Assembly (NCBI GenBank): GCA_963514005.1
Contig: OY740782.1
Location: 150,908,001-150,972,000 of the forward strand
Source: Raja brachyura
Taxonomy: Eukaryota
Length of the DNA stretch: 64,000 bases
Direction of reading: 5' to 3'
Below the pieces are notes generated by a model. That model worked only from the letters and a program-made list of their open reading frames with translations. It was not told where the DNA came from and made no database searches. The translations under genes and the position numbers were made by a program. Shown here in pieces: positions 1-12,116 of this stretch (position 1 is its first letter; the number at the start of each line of letters is the position of its first letter).

Positions 1-485
1 GGCCGTGCAGCTGCACGCACCCCTCTGCTCGAGGTCGCCAGCAAGCCTGCTGACGACCTGACTGCCATGGCAGGAACCTCCTGCTCTGGCGGCACATCAC
101 ACTCCTCCTCGTCGAACTCCTCCGAACTGTGGTGTGCTGGCGGATCCGGACCTGTAAACACAGGGCTTACCGATATTCCCGCCTGTGTCCCGGCCTGCGC
201 TGCAGGTACCGCCGATATCAATGGCTCCGGGACTGCTGACCGGCGACCTCGTCCAGACGTCCTCCGGCCCTTGGAACTCCCATCCATGTCCTTGCTGCAA
301 GAAACAAATCAATACAACAAGGACCACCAACTTAAGGTAGGATACTTACCTCAGTGGTTCCCTTCTGAAGGGCTGGCAAGGAGCGCGCTCCATGCCAGCC
401 GTCGCAGCAACGCGATACGACGATATGTCGAGCATGCGCGCCGGCGGGCTCTTCACGAAGTCACTCACGTGACTCCGAAATGAAA
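1..485 (-). mobile_element. Probable 5' end of a DIRS-like retrotransposon (terminal repeat plus start of gag-like ORF running off the window edge)
   Basis: Minus strand starts TTTCATTTCGGAGTCACGTGAGTGACTTCGTGAAGA; CpG-rich; ATG at 287 opens a stop-free frame to position 1 (MDGSSKGRRTSGRGRR...EEFDEEECD...). DIRS assignment is from resemblance only; no RT or tyrosine recombinase in the window. Confidence 0.5.
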
Positions 486-499
486 TTAGTAGGTCAATA

Positions 500-2360
500 T
501 TGAAATCTCCACATTAAAAAACTGAAGAAAAAATGCTCAACAATAGACTAGACATATTTGTAGAAAAGCATAAACTAATCACTGAAAGTCAATATGGATT
601 CAGATCAAACAGATCAACATCACTTGCAATAATAGAATCAATTGAAGATATCACAGACGCTATTGGCAATAATCTATATGCAGCTGGGATATTTATTGAT
701 ATAAAGAAAGCATTTGATACGATCAATCATGATATCTTATTTAAAAAATTAGAAAGGTATGGTATCAGAGGCCTAGTACTGGATTGGATAAAAAGCTATT
801 TAAGTAACAGGCAACAGTTTGTGAAGCTGGGCAGCTACAGTTCTACATGTTTGGACATTGCTTGTGGTGTCCCCCAGGGGTCAGTGTTGGGTCCAAAACT
901 ATTCATCGTGTATATAAAAACATTTGTAATGTGTCCAATGCCTTGAGGCTGGTCTTGTTCGCAGACGACACAAATATTTTTTGTTCTGGGGGGAATTTAA
1001 AACAACTACTGGACAAAATAACAAAAGAAATGGGCAAACTGAAAACATGGTTTGACAGGAACAAAATATCATCAAACTTGAGCAAAACCAAAATAATGTT
1101 ATTTGGTAATTGCAGAACAAATACACAAGCGAATATAAAGATAAATGGGGTTGAAATTGAACGCGTTCATGAAAATAAATTTCTTGGGGTTATAATGGAT
1201 GATAGAATCAGCTGGAAATCACGCATTAAACATGTACAATCTAAACTGTCAAAAAGCATTTCTGTATTACACAAAGTCAAGCAGGTTCTGGATCACAAAT
1301 CACTCCGCATTCTCTACTGTTCACTAATCTTACCCTACTTAAATTACTGTGCAGAAGTCTGGGGCAATAACTATAAAAGTTCGCTACATTCATTAACTAT
1401 TCTGCAAAAAAGACCAATACGCATTATTCACAATGTCAGGTATCTGGATCACACTAATTCATTATTCTTACAGTCAAAATTATTAAAATGAGCAGATTTG
1501 GTTGCATTTAAAACAGCACAGATAATGTTTAGGGCCAAAAATAAAAACTTACCTGGAAATATACAAAAATGATTCAATGAGCGAGTGGGGGGTTATAATT
1601 TAAGAAGATTATTCAATTTTAAGGTACAAAGAGTCCGCACGACCAGAAAAACGTTTTGTATTTCGGTCTGTGGAGTGGGATTGTGGAACAGTTTGAATGT
1701 GGAGTTAAAGCAATGTCCAAACATGAACCAGTTCAAAATGACAGACAAAACACTTGTTTTCACAAGGTACAGGGATGAAGGGGATGGTTGACAAACAGGG
1801 GTTAATGTTTATTTATTTATTTTATTTATTATTTATTTATGTTTTTTGGTTACTTCATACATATTACTTGTATGTGTTTATCAGTTGTGTGTATATATAT
1901 GTCCGTATGGATCTCTAAACATTGTCTGGGGTACGTCTACGGTTAAATTGTATCTCAAATGAATAATTAGCTATTGTAGATTATATATTGTATATTGTGT
2001 TACATATTACATTACTATTGATACATTAGCATTATTATTATTATTATTATTATAAGCAATGTTATTAATAATGGTGATTAGTATTATTATTAATTAATTA
2101 ATTATTAAACATGGAAGAAGGGTTTGGGGAGAAGGGGTGAGATTAAATAAGTTATTCTTCTTCTCACTCCTTTTCGAGCTTGTAAAGAATAAAGTGTTGG
2201 ACATTTAAATGTTGCTTTATGCTTTTCATTGCTTTGCAAATATTGCCTGGAATGTCCATTTGTTTGACTGTTTCGATTTTGTTGTTGTTATTTATTCCTA
2301 TTTATGTCTTTACTTGTTCGGAACAAATGAACAAACAAATAAATAAATAAATAAATAAAT
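500..2360 (+). mobile_element. 5'-truncated LINE of the CR1/L2 group (Crack-like), RT plus AT-rich 3' UTR and (AAAT)n tail
   Basis: [45 protein letters not shown] motifs over frameshifted ORFs 533-946, 847-1491, 1585-1791; tail about 2335-2360. Confidence 0.85.
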
Positions 2361-2680
2361 TCACGTCTCATACCCTCAAAGTTACCTTTTTTTAAGTTCA
2401 GAACCCTTGTTGCTGACTTAATTATGTTACTTTCCATCCTAATGATGAACTCAACCATATTATGGTCACTCTTGCCCAAGGGGCCACGCACAACAAGACT
2501 GTTAACTAATCCTCATTACTCAATACCCAGTCTAGAATAGCCTGCTCTCTCGTTGGTTCCTCCACATGTTGGTTTGGAAAACTATCCCACATACATTCCA
2601 AGAAATCCTCTTCCTCAGCACCCCTGCCAATTTGATTCACCCAATCTATATGTAGATTGAAGTCACCCATTATAACTGTA
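2361..2680 (-). mobile_element. CR1 LINE endonuclease fragment
   Basis: GPLGKSDHNMVEF and GDFNL motifs; homologous to 12300-12620. Confidence 0.85.
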
Positions 2681-2749
2681 TCGGTGATCTACAGATAATT
2701 TTAATGGTGTGACCACATTATTTCTTAGTCATATCAACGGACTGGCACA

Positions 2750-3272
2750 TATTAGAAGGTCCATCTGTCTCCTCAGATTCTGGTGAACTTCTACCGCTGC
2801 ACCATGGAGAGCATCCTTACCAACTGTATCACAGTATGGTATGGCAACTGCTCTGTCTCCGACCGGAAAGCACTGCAGAGGGTGGTGAAAACAGCCCAAC
2901 GCATCACCGGTTCCTCACTCCCTTCCATTGAGTCTGTCCAGAGCAAGCGATGTCTGCGAAGGGCGCGCAGCATCGTCAAGGACTGCTCTCACCCCAGCCA
3001 CAGACTGTTTACCCTCCTCCCATCCATTGCCGGACCAGCAGGTTCAGGAACAGCTTCTTCCCTGCGGCTGTTACACTACTTAACCCTGCACCTTGGTGAT
3101 TGCCAGTCACTCCTTCCCCCAGAAAAATTCCACTACTGATACTGTATATACATATATATATTTTACTGTTCATTATTCTATGTTTGCTCTTCTGGATGAG
3201 ATGCTAACTGCATTTCGTTGTCTCTGTACTGTACTCTGCACAATGGCAATTAAAGATTGAATTGAATTGAAT
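2750..3272 (+). mobile_element. Rex1/Babar-type LINE 3' fragment
   Basis: NFYRCTMESILTNCITVWYGNC...LQRVVKTAQRITG...HPSHRLFTLLPS; ends in (AATTG)n. Confidence 0.8.
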
Positions 3273-3851
3273 GCGGTTTCACCAGAGCCCTATACAACTG
3301 CAGAAGAACCTCTTTACTCCTATACTGAAATCCTCTTGTTATGAAGGCCAACATTCCATCAGCCTTGGTCAATTAGCCAGTAGCCAGATTCTGCACCTGA
3401 TTCATCCATTGTATCAGCATTGGCTCTCTATATTTGGCCTTATGCCTGATATTGTCATCAGGCCAAAAATGATGAGCACAAAATGGGTCCATTCGGCGCA
3501 TCAAGTCTACTCCACCATTCAGTAATGGCTGATCTATCTCTCCCTTCTAACCCCATTCTCCTGTCACTGCCCTTAACCCAAAACATCAGTAATAATCAAC
3601 AGTCTATTCTTCTCTGCCTTCAAATATCCATTTACAGTACATGGCCTTCACAGCATTTGTGGCAAAGAATTCCACAGGTTCACCACCCTCCAGTTTGCGC
3701 GAATGGGAGAGTCTATGACTCGAGGTTACAGCCTGAGAATTAAAGGACTTTCATTTCGGAAGGAGATAATGAGACATTTTGTTAATCAGAGGGTGATGAA
3801 TCTGTGGAATTCTTTGCCACAGAAGGCTGTGGAGGCCAAGTCATTGGATAT

Positions 3852-4605
3852 ATGGTAAATGGTAGGGAATTGAGGAATGCTGTGGAACAGAGGGATCTAG
3901 GAATAACTGTACATAGTTCCCTGAAGGTGGAATCGCATGTTGATAGGGTGGTAAAGAAAGCTTTTGGTGTGCTGGCCTTTATAAATCAGAGCATTGAATA
4001 TAGGAGTAGGGATGTAATGTTAAATTTGTACAAGGCATTGGTAAGACCAATTCTGGAGTATGGTGTACAATTTTGGTCGCCTAATTATAGGAAGGATGTC
4101 AACAAAATAGAGAGAGTACAGAGGAGATTTACTAGAATGTTGCCTGGGTTCCAGCAACTAAGTTACAGAGAAAGGTTGAACAAGTTAGGTCTTTATTCTT
4201 TGGAGCGCAGAAGGTTAAGGGGGGACTTGATTGAGGCGTTTAAAATGAAGAAAGGGATAGACAGAGTTGACGTGGATAAGCTTTTCCCATTGAGAGTAGG
4301 GAAGATTCAAACAAGAGGTCATGACTTGAGAATTAAGGGACAGAAGTTTAGGGGTAACATGAGGGGGAACTTCTTTACTCAGAGAGTGGTGGCTGTGTGG
4401 AATGATTTTTCAGCAGAAGTGGTGGAGGCAGGATCGATTTTAACATTTAAAAGTAAAGTGGATAGGTATATGGACGGGAAGGGAATGGAGGGGTATGGTC
4501 TGAGTGCAGGTAGATGGGACTAGGGGAAAATAAATTGTCGGCACGGACTGGAAGGGCCGAGAAGGCCTGTTTCCGTGCTGTAATTGTTATATGGTTATAT
4601 GGTTA
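3852..4605 (+). mobile_element. CR1 LINE 3' end nested in an older CR1 3' fragment (about 3700-4700)
   Basis: LVRPILEYGVQFWSP, SLERRRLRGDLI, TRGHDLRI, FFTQRVV; (ATATGGTT)n tail. Confidence 0.9.
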
Positions 4606-5044
4606 AGGAGGAGATAGATAGATTCTTGATTACTACGGGTATCAGGGGTGATGGGGAGAAGGCAGCAGAATGGGGTTAGGAAGGAGATGATTCTACTCAT
4701 GTGCCTTATGAACATTTGACCTTATGACTGCTTGCCATAACCTGAGAGACGGTGAATGACCAATATGCACGCACACACTAATTAATATTAACAGACACTA
4801 AGAAATTAATAATGAGTTGCTAAACTTGCTATTCTGTTGCACTGCTGACAGCTGCAAGAACGTGCAGCAATCAATAGAGGACTATAGGCCTATTGCGAGT
4901 TTATGTACAGGGACATATCTGTCCATGCACTGTATACTTGTATTTATACTTATGCATTTTAAATATGTATGTCATGTTTTATACTTTGGCAATACAACGA
5001 TGTACTTTATCATGCCAATAAAGTTTTTAAATTGAAAATTTGAA

Positions 5045-5470
5045 TTGAGAAGGGAGAGAGAGAAGGGGAAAAAGAGAGAAGGGGGAGAGAGAAAAGGGGG
5101 AGAGAGAGAGAAGGGAGAGAGAGAAAGGGGAGAGAGAGAAGGGAGGGAGAAAGAGAGAGAAGGGGGGAGAGAGAGAGAAGGGGAAAAGAGAGAGAAGGGT
5201 GAGATAGAAGGGAGAGAGAGGGGGAGAGAGTGAAGGGTGAGAGAAAAGGGAGAGAGAGAAGGGAGAGAGGGAGAGAGGGAGAGAAGGGAGAGGGAGAGAG
5301 AGAAGGGAGAGAGAGAGAATGGGAGAGAGAATGGGGAGAGAGAGAGAAGGGAGAGGGGGAGAGGAGAGAGAGAGAAAGGAAAGAGAGAGAGAGAGGAGAG
5401 AGAGAGAGAAGGGGGAAAGAGAGAGAAGGGGGAAAGAGAGAGAAGGGGGTAAGAGAGAAAGGAGAGAGGA
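5045..5470. repeat. Purine-rich (GA/GGGA) low-complexity tract
   Basis: Almost only G/A on the + strand. Confidence 0.95.
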
Positions 5471-6216
5471 ACGATGGCACGTTATAACCCGCAGCCGTTC
5501 CATTCTGACCACCGCCGAACCCCCCATTGCACCCTTCTTCACGGCGGCCCAGTGATGTCTCGGCTCTGACAATTCGAGGGATCTAACCAGTAACAACACT
5601 AAGAGCAGCCCCGGGCCTCCGCGTTCCCCGACTGCTGAAGCTAGCTAACGTGGAGGGAGAGTGAGGTAGCGTCAATTACATGGGCTGAGCCTACGTAATT
5701 GACGCTCGCTCTTCCTTCACAGGGGTCAAGACACGCCCCCTCAGTGAGGCAGATGTGATCGCTGCCTCCCCTGGAGCTTTTTCATTGCAGTTTTATGTGA
5801 GACCAGCGAGCACAAATTTAATATCTTTATATGTGAAATACATTACCTGGACCATGGAAGGTGAGGACATGTAATGAAGGGGTTTACAAACATTACTTTG
5901 GTCACATACATAGAGATAGTAACAGGCACACATGTATTGCCCGCGCTCCATGCAGTTTCTGAGGGGTTGCGCAATCAGAGGGGAGGCTCAGCTCCTCGCT
6001 GCCTCACCTCTCATCTCTCCATGTATTTGAGTACAGCTGCGAAAATTTGGCGATTTTGACTATAAAACATGATTAGATTCAAATAGAAATGACATTTATA
6101 ACACAGATCAGTGGAAAAATCTTGATGTTTATTTTAATTTTATTATTATTTTCCTTTACTTTTGCGAAGAGTTTATCGGAATCTGATGTGTTTATATTGC
6201 CTGATATTTCGCTAGA

Positions 6217-7197
6217 TTAGAAACATAGAAAATAGGTGCAGGAGGAGGCTATTTGGCCCTTCGAGCCAGAACCATCTTTAATTGTGATCATGGCTGATCG
6301 TCCCCCATAACCCGTGCCTGCCTTCTCCCCATATCCCTTGATTTCACTAGCCCCTAGAGCTCTATCTAACTCTCTCTTAAATCCTCCTGTGACTTTGCCT
6401 CAACTGCCCTCCGTGGCAGGGAATTCCACAAATTCACATCTCTCTGGGTGAAAAAGTGTTTTCTCACCTCAGTCTTAAATGACCTCTCCTTTATTCTAAG
6501 ACTGTGGCCCCTGGTTCTGGACTCGCCCAACATTGGGAACATTTTTCCTGCATCTAGCTTGTCCAGTCCTTTTATAATTTTATATGTTTCTATAAGATCC
6601 CCCCTCATCCTTCTAAACTCCAGTGAATACAAGCCTAGTCTTTTCAATCTGTCCTCATATGACAGTCCCGCCATCCCAGGGATCAATCTCGTGAACCTAC
6701 GCTGAACTGCCTCAATCACAAGGATGTCCTCCCTCAAATTAGGAGACCAAAACTGTACACAATACTCCAAATGTGGTCTCACCAGAGCCCTATATAACTG
6801 CAGAAGAACCTCTTTACTCCTATACTGAAACCCTCTTGTTATGAAGGCCAACATTCCATTAGCTTTCTTCACTGCCTGCTGTACCTGCACGCCAACTTTC
6901 AGTGACCGGTGTACAAGGACACACAGTTCTCGCTGCACCTCCCCCTTACCAAACCTAACCCCATTGAGATAATAATCCGCCCCCTTGTTTTTGCCTCCAA
7001 AATGGGTAACCTCACATTTATATATATTATACTGCATCTGTCACGCATCTGCCCACTCACTCAACCTGTCCAGGTCACCCTGCAACCTCCTAACATCCTC
7101 TTCACAGTTCACACTGCCACACAGCTTTGTGCCATCAGCAAACTTGCTAGTGTGGCTCCTAATTCCCTCTTCCAAATCATTAATATATATGGTAAAT
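6217..7197 (-). mobile_element. CR1 LINE 3' portion
   Basis: ORF 6366-7037 with [13 protein letters not shown] and YSLEFRRMRGDL; (CTATGTTT)n tail. Confidence 0.95.
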
Positions 7198-8220
7198 TCT
7201 GACCAGGGAAGCATTTTTAAAGCTCGTTGTGGCTGTGGGGTTATTTAGGACATTGAGACTCTGGAAAGTACATATTGTGACCCAATCTGAAATGTTTCAA
7301 TTTTCAATCTTGAAATGTAAACGTTTTGCAGTTAAATCTGTGGACGTTAAATAATGCGGCATGTTTGGGTCAGTCCGAGTGTCCTTTGGTCAAGATGAAA
7401 GGTGCTGAGTTCAAATGGTTTCAATCCTCTTGCAAATGGACATTGTGGAAGAGCAGCCTGCTCTCCAGAAGTGGTGTCGCATACTTGCATTGCCCTCACA
7501 CAAACGCCGCGTTATTCTCTGCCATCGTATTGCAGGGAAGTCCCCTTTGCACAAAATAAAACCTGATAATCCTGTCTGGGAAATCTCAGGTCATTTTACT
7601 ATTGCTGCCAGTGGCCAGAAAAGAATCCCTCTGGTCAGTTGCGAAAAACACATTGAGGAACATTGTTTTTTGTGTTTATTTTAGATGTGAGCGCAGCTGG
7701 ACGTGACCGACGCATTGATGTAAATAATCTCAGAAATAGAAGTCCCAGATTAGAACACTGACAGACAGAAACAGCATCTAATTGTCCCGACCAACGCAGT
7801 ACAGAATTAGGCCGTGCACCATGCAAATCTTCAACCGATTCAAAAGCATGGTGATGGTTTTCTGCTCGTCATTTGATAATATAATGGAGATTATATCCAC
7901 GTTCACTTCAGGTAAAGAAATCCAGAACTGGTAGTTTGTGCAAACATTCCGAAGGCTGGAATGGGGAGAGGGGAGTTCCTTGACCCAGCGCTCTCTCCAT
8001 ACCAACTCACTCTTTAATAAACTTCTCACCACGTCTCCCAGAACTGTCAATACCCGAATGTCAATGTGAAGGAAACCATGTTCTGCCTGAAAGGCTGAGG
8101 ATAGTGTGAGGCGGGAGACTTGTATCAACATGTAATATGTGTATTCAGTTATCGGATGGAAGTAAAGTAGCCTGAAGCTGACCCATGATGATCTTGGCCT
8201 GGTTGTGCGTGATGAGGCTG

Positions 8221-9000
8221 AGAAACATTGAAACATAGACAATAGGTGCAGGACTAGGGCATTTGGCCTTTCGAGTCAGCACCGCCATTCAACATGATCG
8301 TGGCTGATCATCCACAATCAGTACCCCGTCCCTGCTTCTTCCCCATATCCCTTGATTCCGTTAGCCATCGGGGCTAAATCTAACTCTCTCTTGAAAACAT
8401 CCAATGAATTGACCTCCACTGCCTTCTGTGGCAGAGAAGTCCACAGATTCACAATTCTCTGGGTGAAAAAGGTTTTCCTCATCTCAGTAATAAATAGCCT
8501 ACACCCTATTCATAAATTGTGACCCCTGGTTCTGGACTCCTCAAACAAGGGGAACATTTTTTCTGCATCTAGCCTCCCCAGTCCCTTAAGAATTGTATAT
8601 GTTTCTACAAGATCTCGTCTCATCCTTCAAAATTCCAGTGAATACAAGCCCAGCCGACCCATTCTTTCATCATATGTCAGTCCCGCCATCCTGGGAATTA
8701 ACCTGGGGAACCTACGCTGCACCCCCTCAATAACAAGAATGTCCTTCCTCAAATTAGGAGACCAAAACTGCACACAATACTCCAGGTGTGGTTTCATTAG
8801 GGCTCTGTACAACTGCAGTAGGACCTCCTTGCTCCTAATCTCACATCCTCTCACAATGAAGGCCAACATGCCATTCGCTTTCTTCACTGCCTGCTGTACC
8901 TGCATGCTTACTTTCAGTGACTGATGTACAAGCACCCAGGTATCGTTGCACCTCCCCTTTTCCTAATCTGACACCATTCAGATAATAATCTGCCTTCGTG
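8221..9000 (-). mobile_element. CR1 LINE 3' portion
   Basis: ORF 8627-8935 CR1 C-terminal motifs; CR1 3' UTR. Confidence 0.9.
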
Positions 9001-10646
9001 ATTCCAGAAGATTAGTCTGTCCCTATGTATTTCATGTGAAAGAGCCAAGTGAACTTTGTCATTGGGTCTGGTCAAGGATTACCCTCCCCTATAATATTTG
9101 TTGAAAAAACAGTGGCGAGGGCTTTGCTCAGTATATTAGCAGTACATCCCTCTGCTCTTGTAGAATTGGAACGAACAATGTTTATGGAGATAACCACCAT
9201 ATATTTACCAGTGGTGTCATTGCCCGCGGAGTGACTCCAGCGGATATACCGATAATGCTTAGTGTGATTAAATGGTTAATCACAGCTAAGGTTAAATGGG
9301 TAAATGGTTAGTTCACGGACGGATTCTATAGGTGCAAAGAAATTGACTTTTGACTGAACTGTCATCATCGGTGTTTGTTCGATAGACATTTTGTAACTTT
9401 CACGGCGGCAGAAACATGGCGACTCTTTGTGCACTGCTTAGGTGAGGTCTGCTGTGGGATTTTACTAGATTGTATGCAAACATAAAGAATGTCACTATTC
9501 CTAGGTGGACGTGGCAATCAAATATCATTGAATCATTGAATCATTGATTTTGTTGCATTGCGGTGCATTAATTTGCTGAAACAAAGTGAAATATACAATA
9601 CGCGGGGAACACATGGATCGCAGCATTGGTCGATTTGTAAAACGTCTGTGTGCTCTGGCTAAAGTACATGGAATCCAGACCCCACTGATCATCCCAGATA
9701 TGTGTTACATTTTCACACACGCCTACATTATATCACCCAGTGACCTTCACGCAGAAGCGTTCACTTCATGTACTCGGCTTCAGTGTGCAAAGGGAAACAA
9801 AGTGGACACCTCTGGCCTTCGCTAAACTGGAAGATAATGAGCATCCATTCGGTATTTGACTCTGTTTTACTCAGGTCACTATCTGTGTGGTGCGTGACTA
9901 GCAATCATACCCACTATATGAACTACCTGATAACTCTGTGTCAGATAATCTCTGAACAGATTCCATTCAGAATCTAAGAGACATTGATCCCACTGTACAC
10001 GTGAAAGCTAATCCCAATCAAACACAGTAGCCGGGATTTACATGATCACAATGTGTACTCCTGACAGTTTAACCAAAATGATGCAGCATGTAACCAATAA
10101 GATTGGTAGCTGGAATTTGCGAGATCTGTTGCTAGGTAGTTTTTTATTTTGTTAGTTGTTATTCACCATCAGAGTTTTCAGTGTTTGAGCAGCAGATTGA
10201 AAGTGCCTGATTAATTTAGCAGCACGGCCGACACAGGTGTTTCCTTTCAGTAACATGGTGAGCTCTTGCCCATCATTCATAATGAAATGTTTTGTCGTCG
10301 GCCACAGAAAATGTGGAAGAGGGGGGATATTCTGATTCGGCAGAATCTTAAATGCATTCATTCCTGACACTATTAGTCATTTTATCATTTATTCAATGCG
10401 CATTCTTATGATAATAAGGACTATCTCTGCAGAGCCACATAAACACAAACAATTAGAGGGAAGTGTGAGGCGTTAATAAAGTTCATTTAGTTTTCCCCAC
10501 TTTGATTTAATGGACTATAGTCTTGTAGAAGAAATGGGGAAGATGATCGATATGTTACCGAATTAAAATGAATTTGATATTACATGGGCAGACAAAAGAC
10601 TACAGATAAATTGCATGAGTGGGCCGTTCGATCTCAGATTACAGGT

Positions 10647-12012
10647 TAGAAACATAGAAACTTAGAAATTAGGTGCAGGAGTAGGCCATTCGGCCCTTCG
10701 AGCCAGTACCACCATTCAATATGATCAATGCAGATCATCCAAAATCAGTACCAGCATTTTCCCCATATCCCTAGAATTCGTTAGCGCTAAGAGCTAAATC
10801 TAACTTTCTCTTGAAAACATCCAGTGACTTGGCCTCCACTGCCTCCTCTGGCAGAGAATCCCACAGATTCACACCTCATCTTTTTCCTCATCTCAGTCCT
10901 AAATGGCCTATCCCTTAATCCTAAACTGTGACCCTGGTTTTGGACTCCCCCAACATCGGGACCATCATGCTTGCATCTACCCTGTCCAATGCTCTAATAA
11001 TTTTATATGTTTCTATACGATCCCCTCTCATCCTACTAAATTCCAGCGAATACAAGTCCAGTCGATGCAGTCTTTCATCATACGTCAGTCCCATCATCCC
11101 GGGAATTAACACGTTGAACCTACGCTGCACTCACTCAATAGCAATAATGTCCTTCTCAAATTAGGGGATCAAAATGGCACACAATACTCCAGGTGTAGTC
11201 TCACCAGGGCTCTGTACAACTGCAGTAGAACCTCCTAAACTCAAATCCTCTCACTATGAAGGCCAACGTGCCATTAGCTTTCTTCACTGCCTGCTGTACC
11301 TGCATGCTCACTTTCAGTGACTGATGTACAAGCACAGCCAGGTCTCGTTGCACCTCCACTTCTCGTAATCTGACGGCATTCGGGTAATAATCTGCCTTCT
11401 TGTTTTTGCCACCAAAGTGGATAACGTCACATGAATCCACATTATACAGCACTGCCCTGCTACTTCCCACTCAACCAACCTATACAAGTCACCCCGCAGC
11501 CTCATAGAATCTTCCTCGCAGCCCACACTGCCACCCAGCATTGTGTCACCCGCAAACTTATTGTTACATTTAATCCCATCGTCTAAATCGTTAATATATA
11601 TTGTAAACAACGGGGGTCCCAGCAGCGAGCCTTGCAGCACCCAACTAGTCACGGCCTGCCAGTAGATCCTCGCTCCCCTCGTTGTTCCGGGAGATTGTTT
11701 GTGTCGTCCTTAGTGAAGACAAAACTAAAGTACTCGTTTAACTGGTCTGCCATTTCATGTTTCCCATTATAAATTCACCTGTTTCTGACTGTAACAGACC
11801 TATATTTGCCTTCACTAATCTCACCCTCTTCACATATCTTAAAAAGTGTTTACAGCCAGTTGTTAAATTCTTCGCAAGCTTTCTTTCCTGCTCTATTTCC
11901 CCCCCCAATTAAACCTTTTGTCCTCCTCTGTTGAATTCTAAATGTCTCCCAGACCTCCGGTTTACTGCTTCCTCTGGCCAATTTTTATGGCTCTTTATTG
12001 GATATAACACAA
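10647..12012 (-). mobile_element. CR1 LINE, internally deleted
   Basis: 3' UTR, QGSLLGP and KFAGDT RT motifs, then a jump to upstream ORF2 sequence near 11660. Confidence 0.9.
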
Positions 12013-12116
12013 TCTTCATGATCTACATTTTCAATGACCTGAGAATATTTTTGGGCGCAGTAGAGTGAGCAGTGCAAGAGAAGCATTCATGAGAAATCAT
12101 GGAAATAGCCCCTTTA

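Noticed and set aside
5010-5599. Long S/L/P- and R/E/G-rich ORFs (also 34153-34890 and 36353-37087)
   Set aside because: Translations of GA-rich low-complexity tracts
6448-7248. ORFs antisense to CR1 ORF2, recurring through the window
   Set aside because: Shadow frames of the repeat
9586-9977. Short ORFs conserved in three copies
   Set aside because: Conservation is explained by local duplication; no recognisable domain
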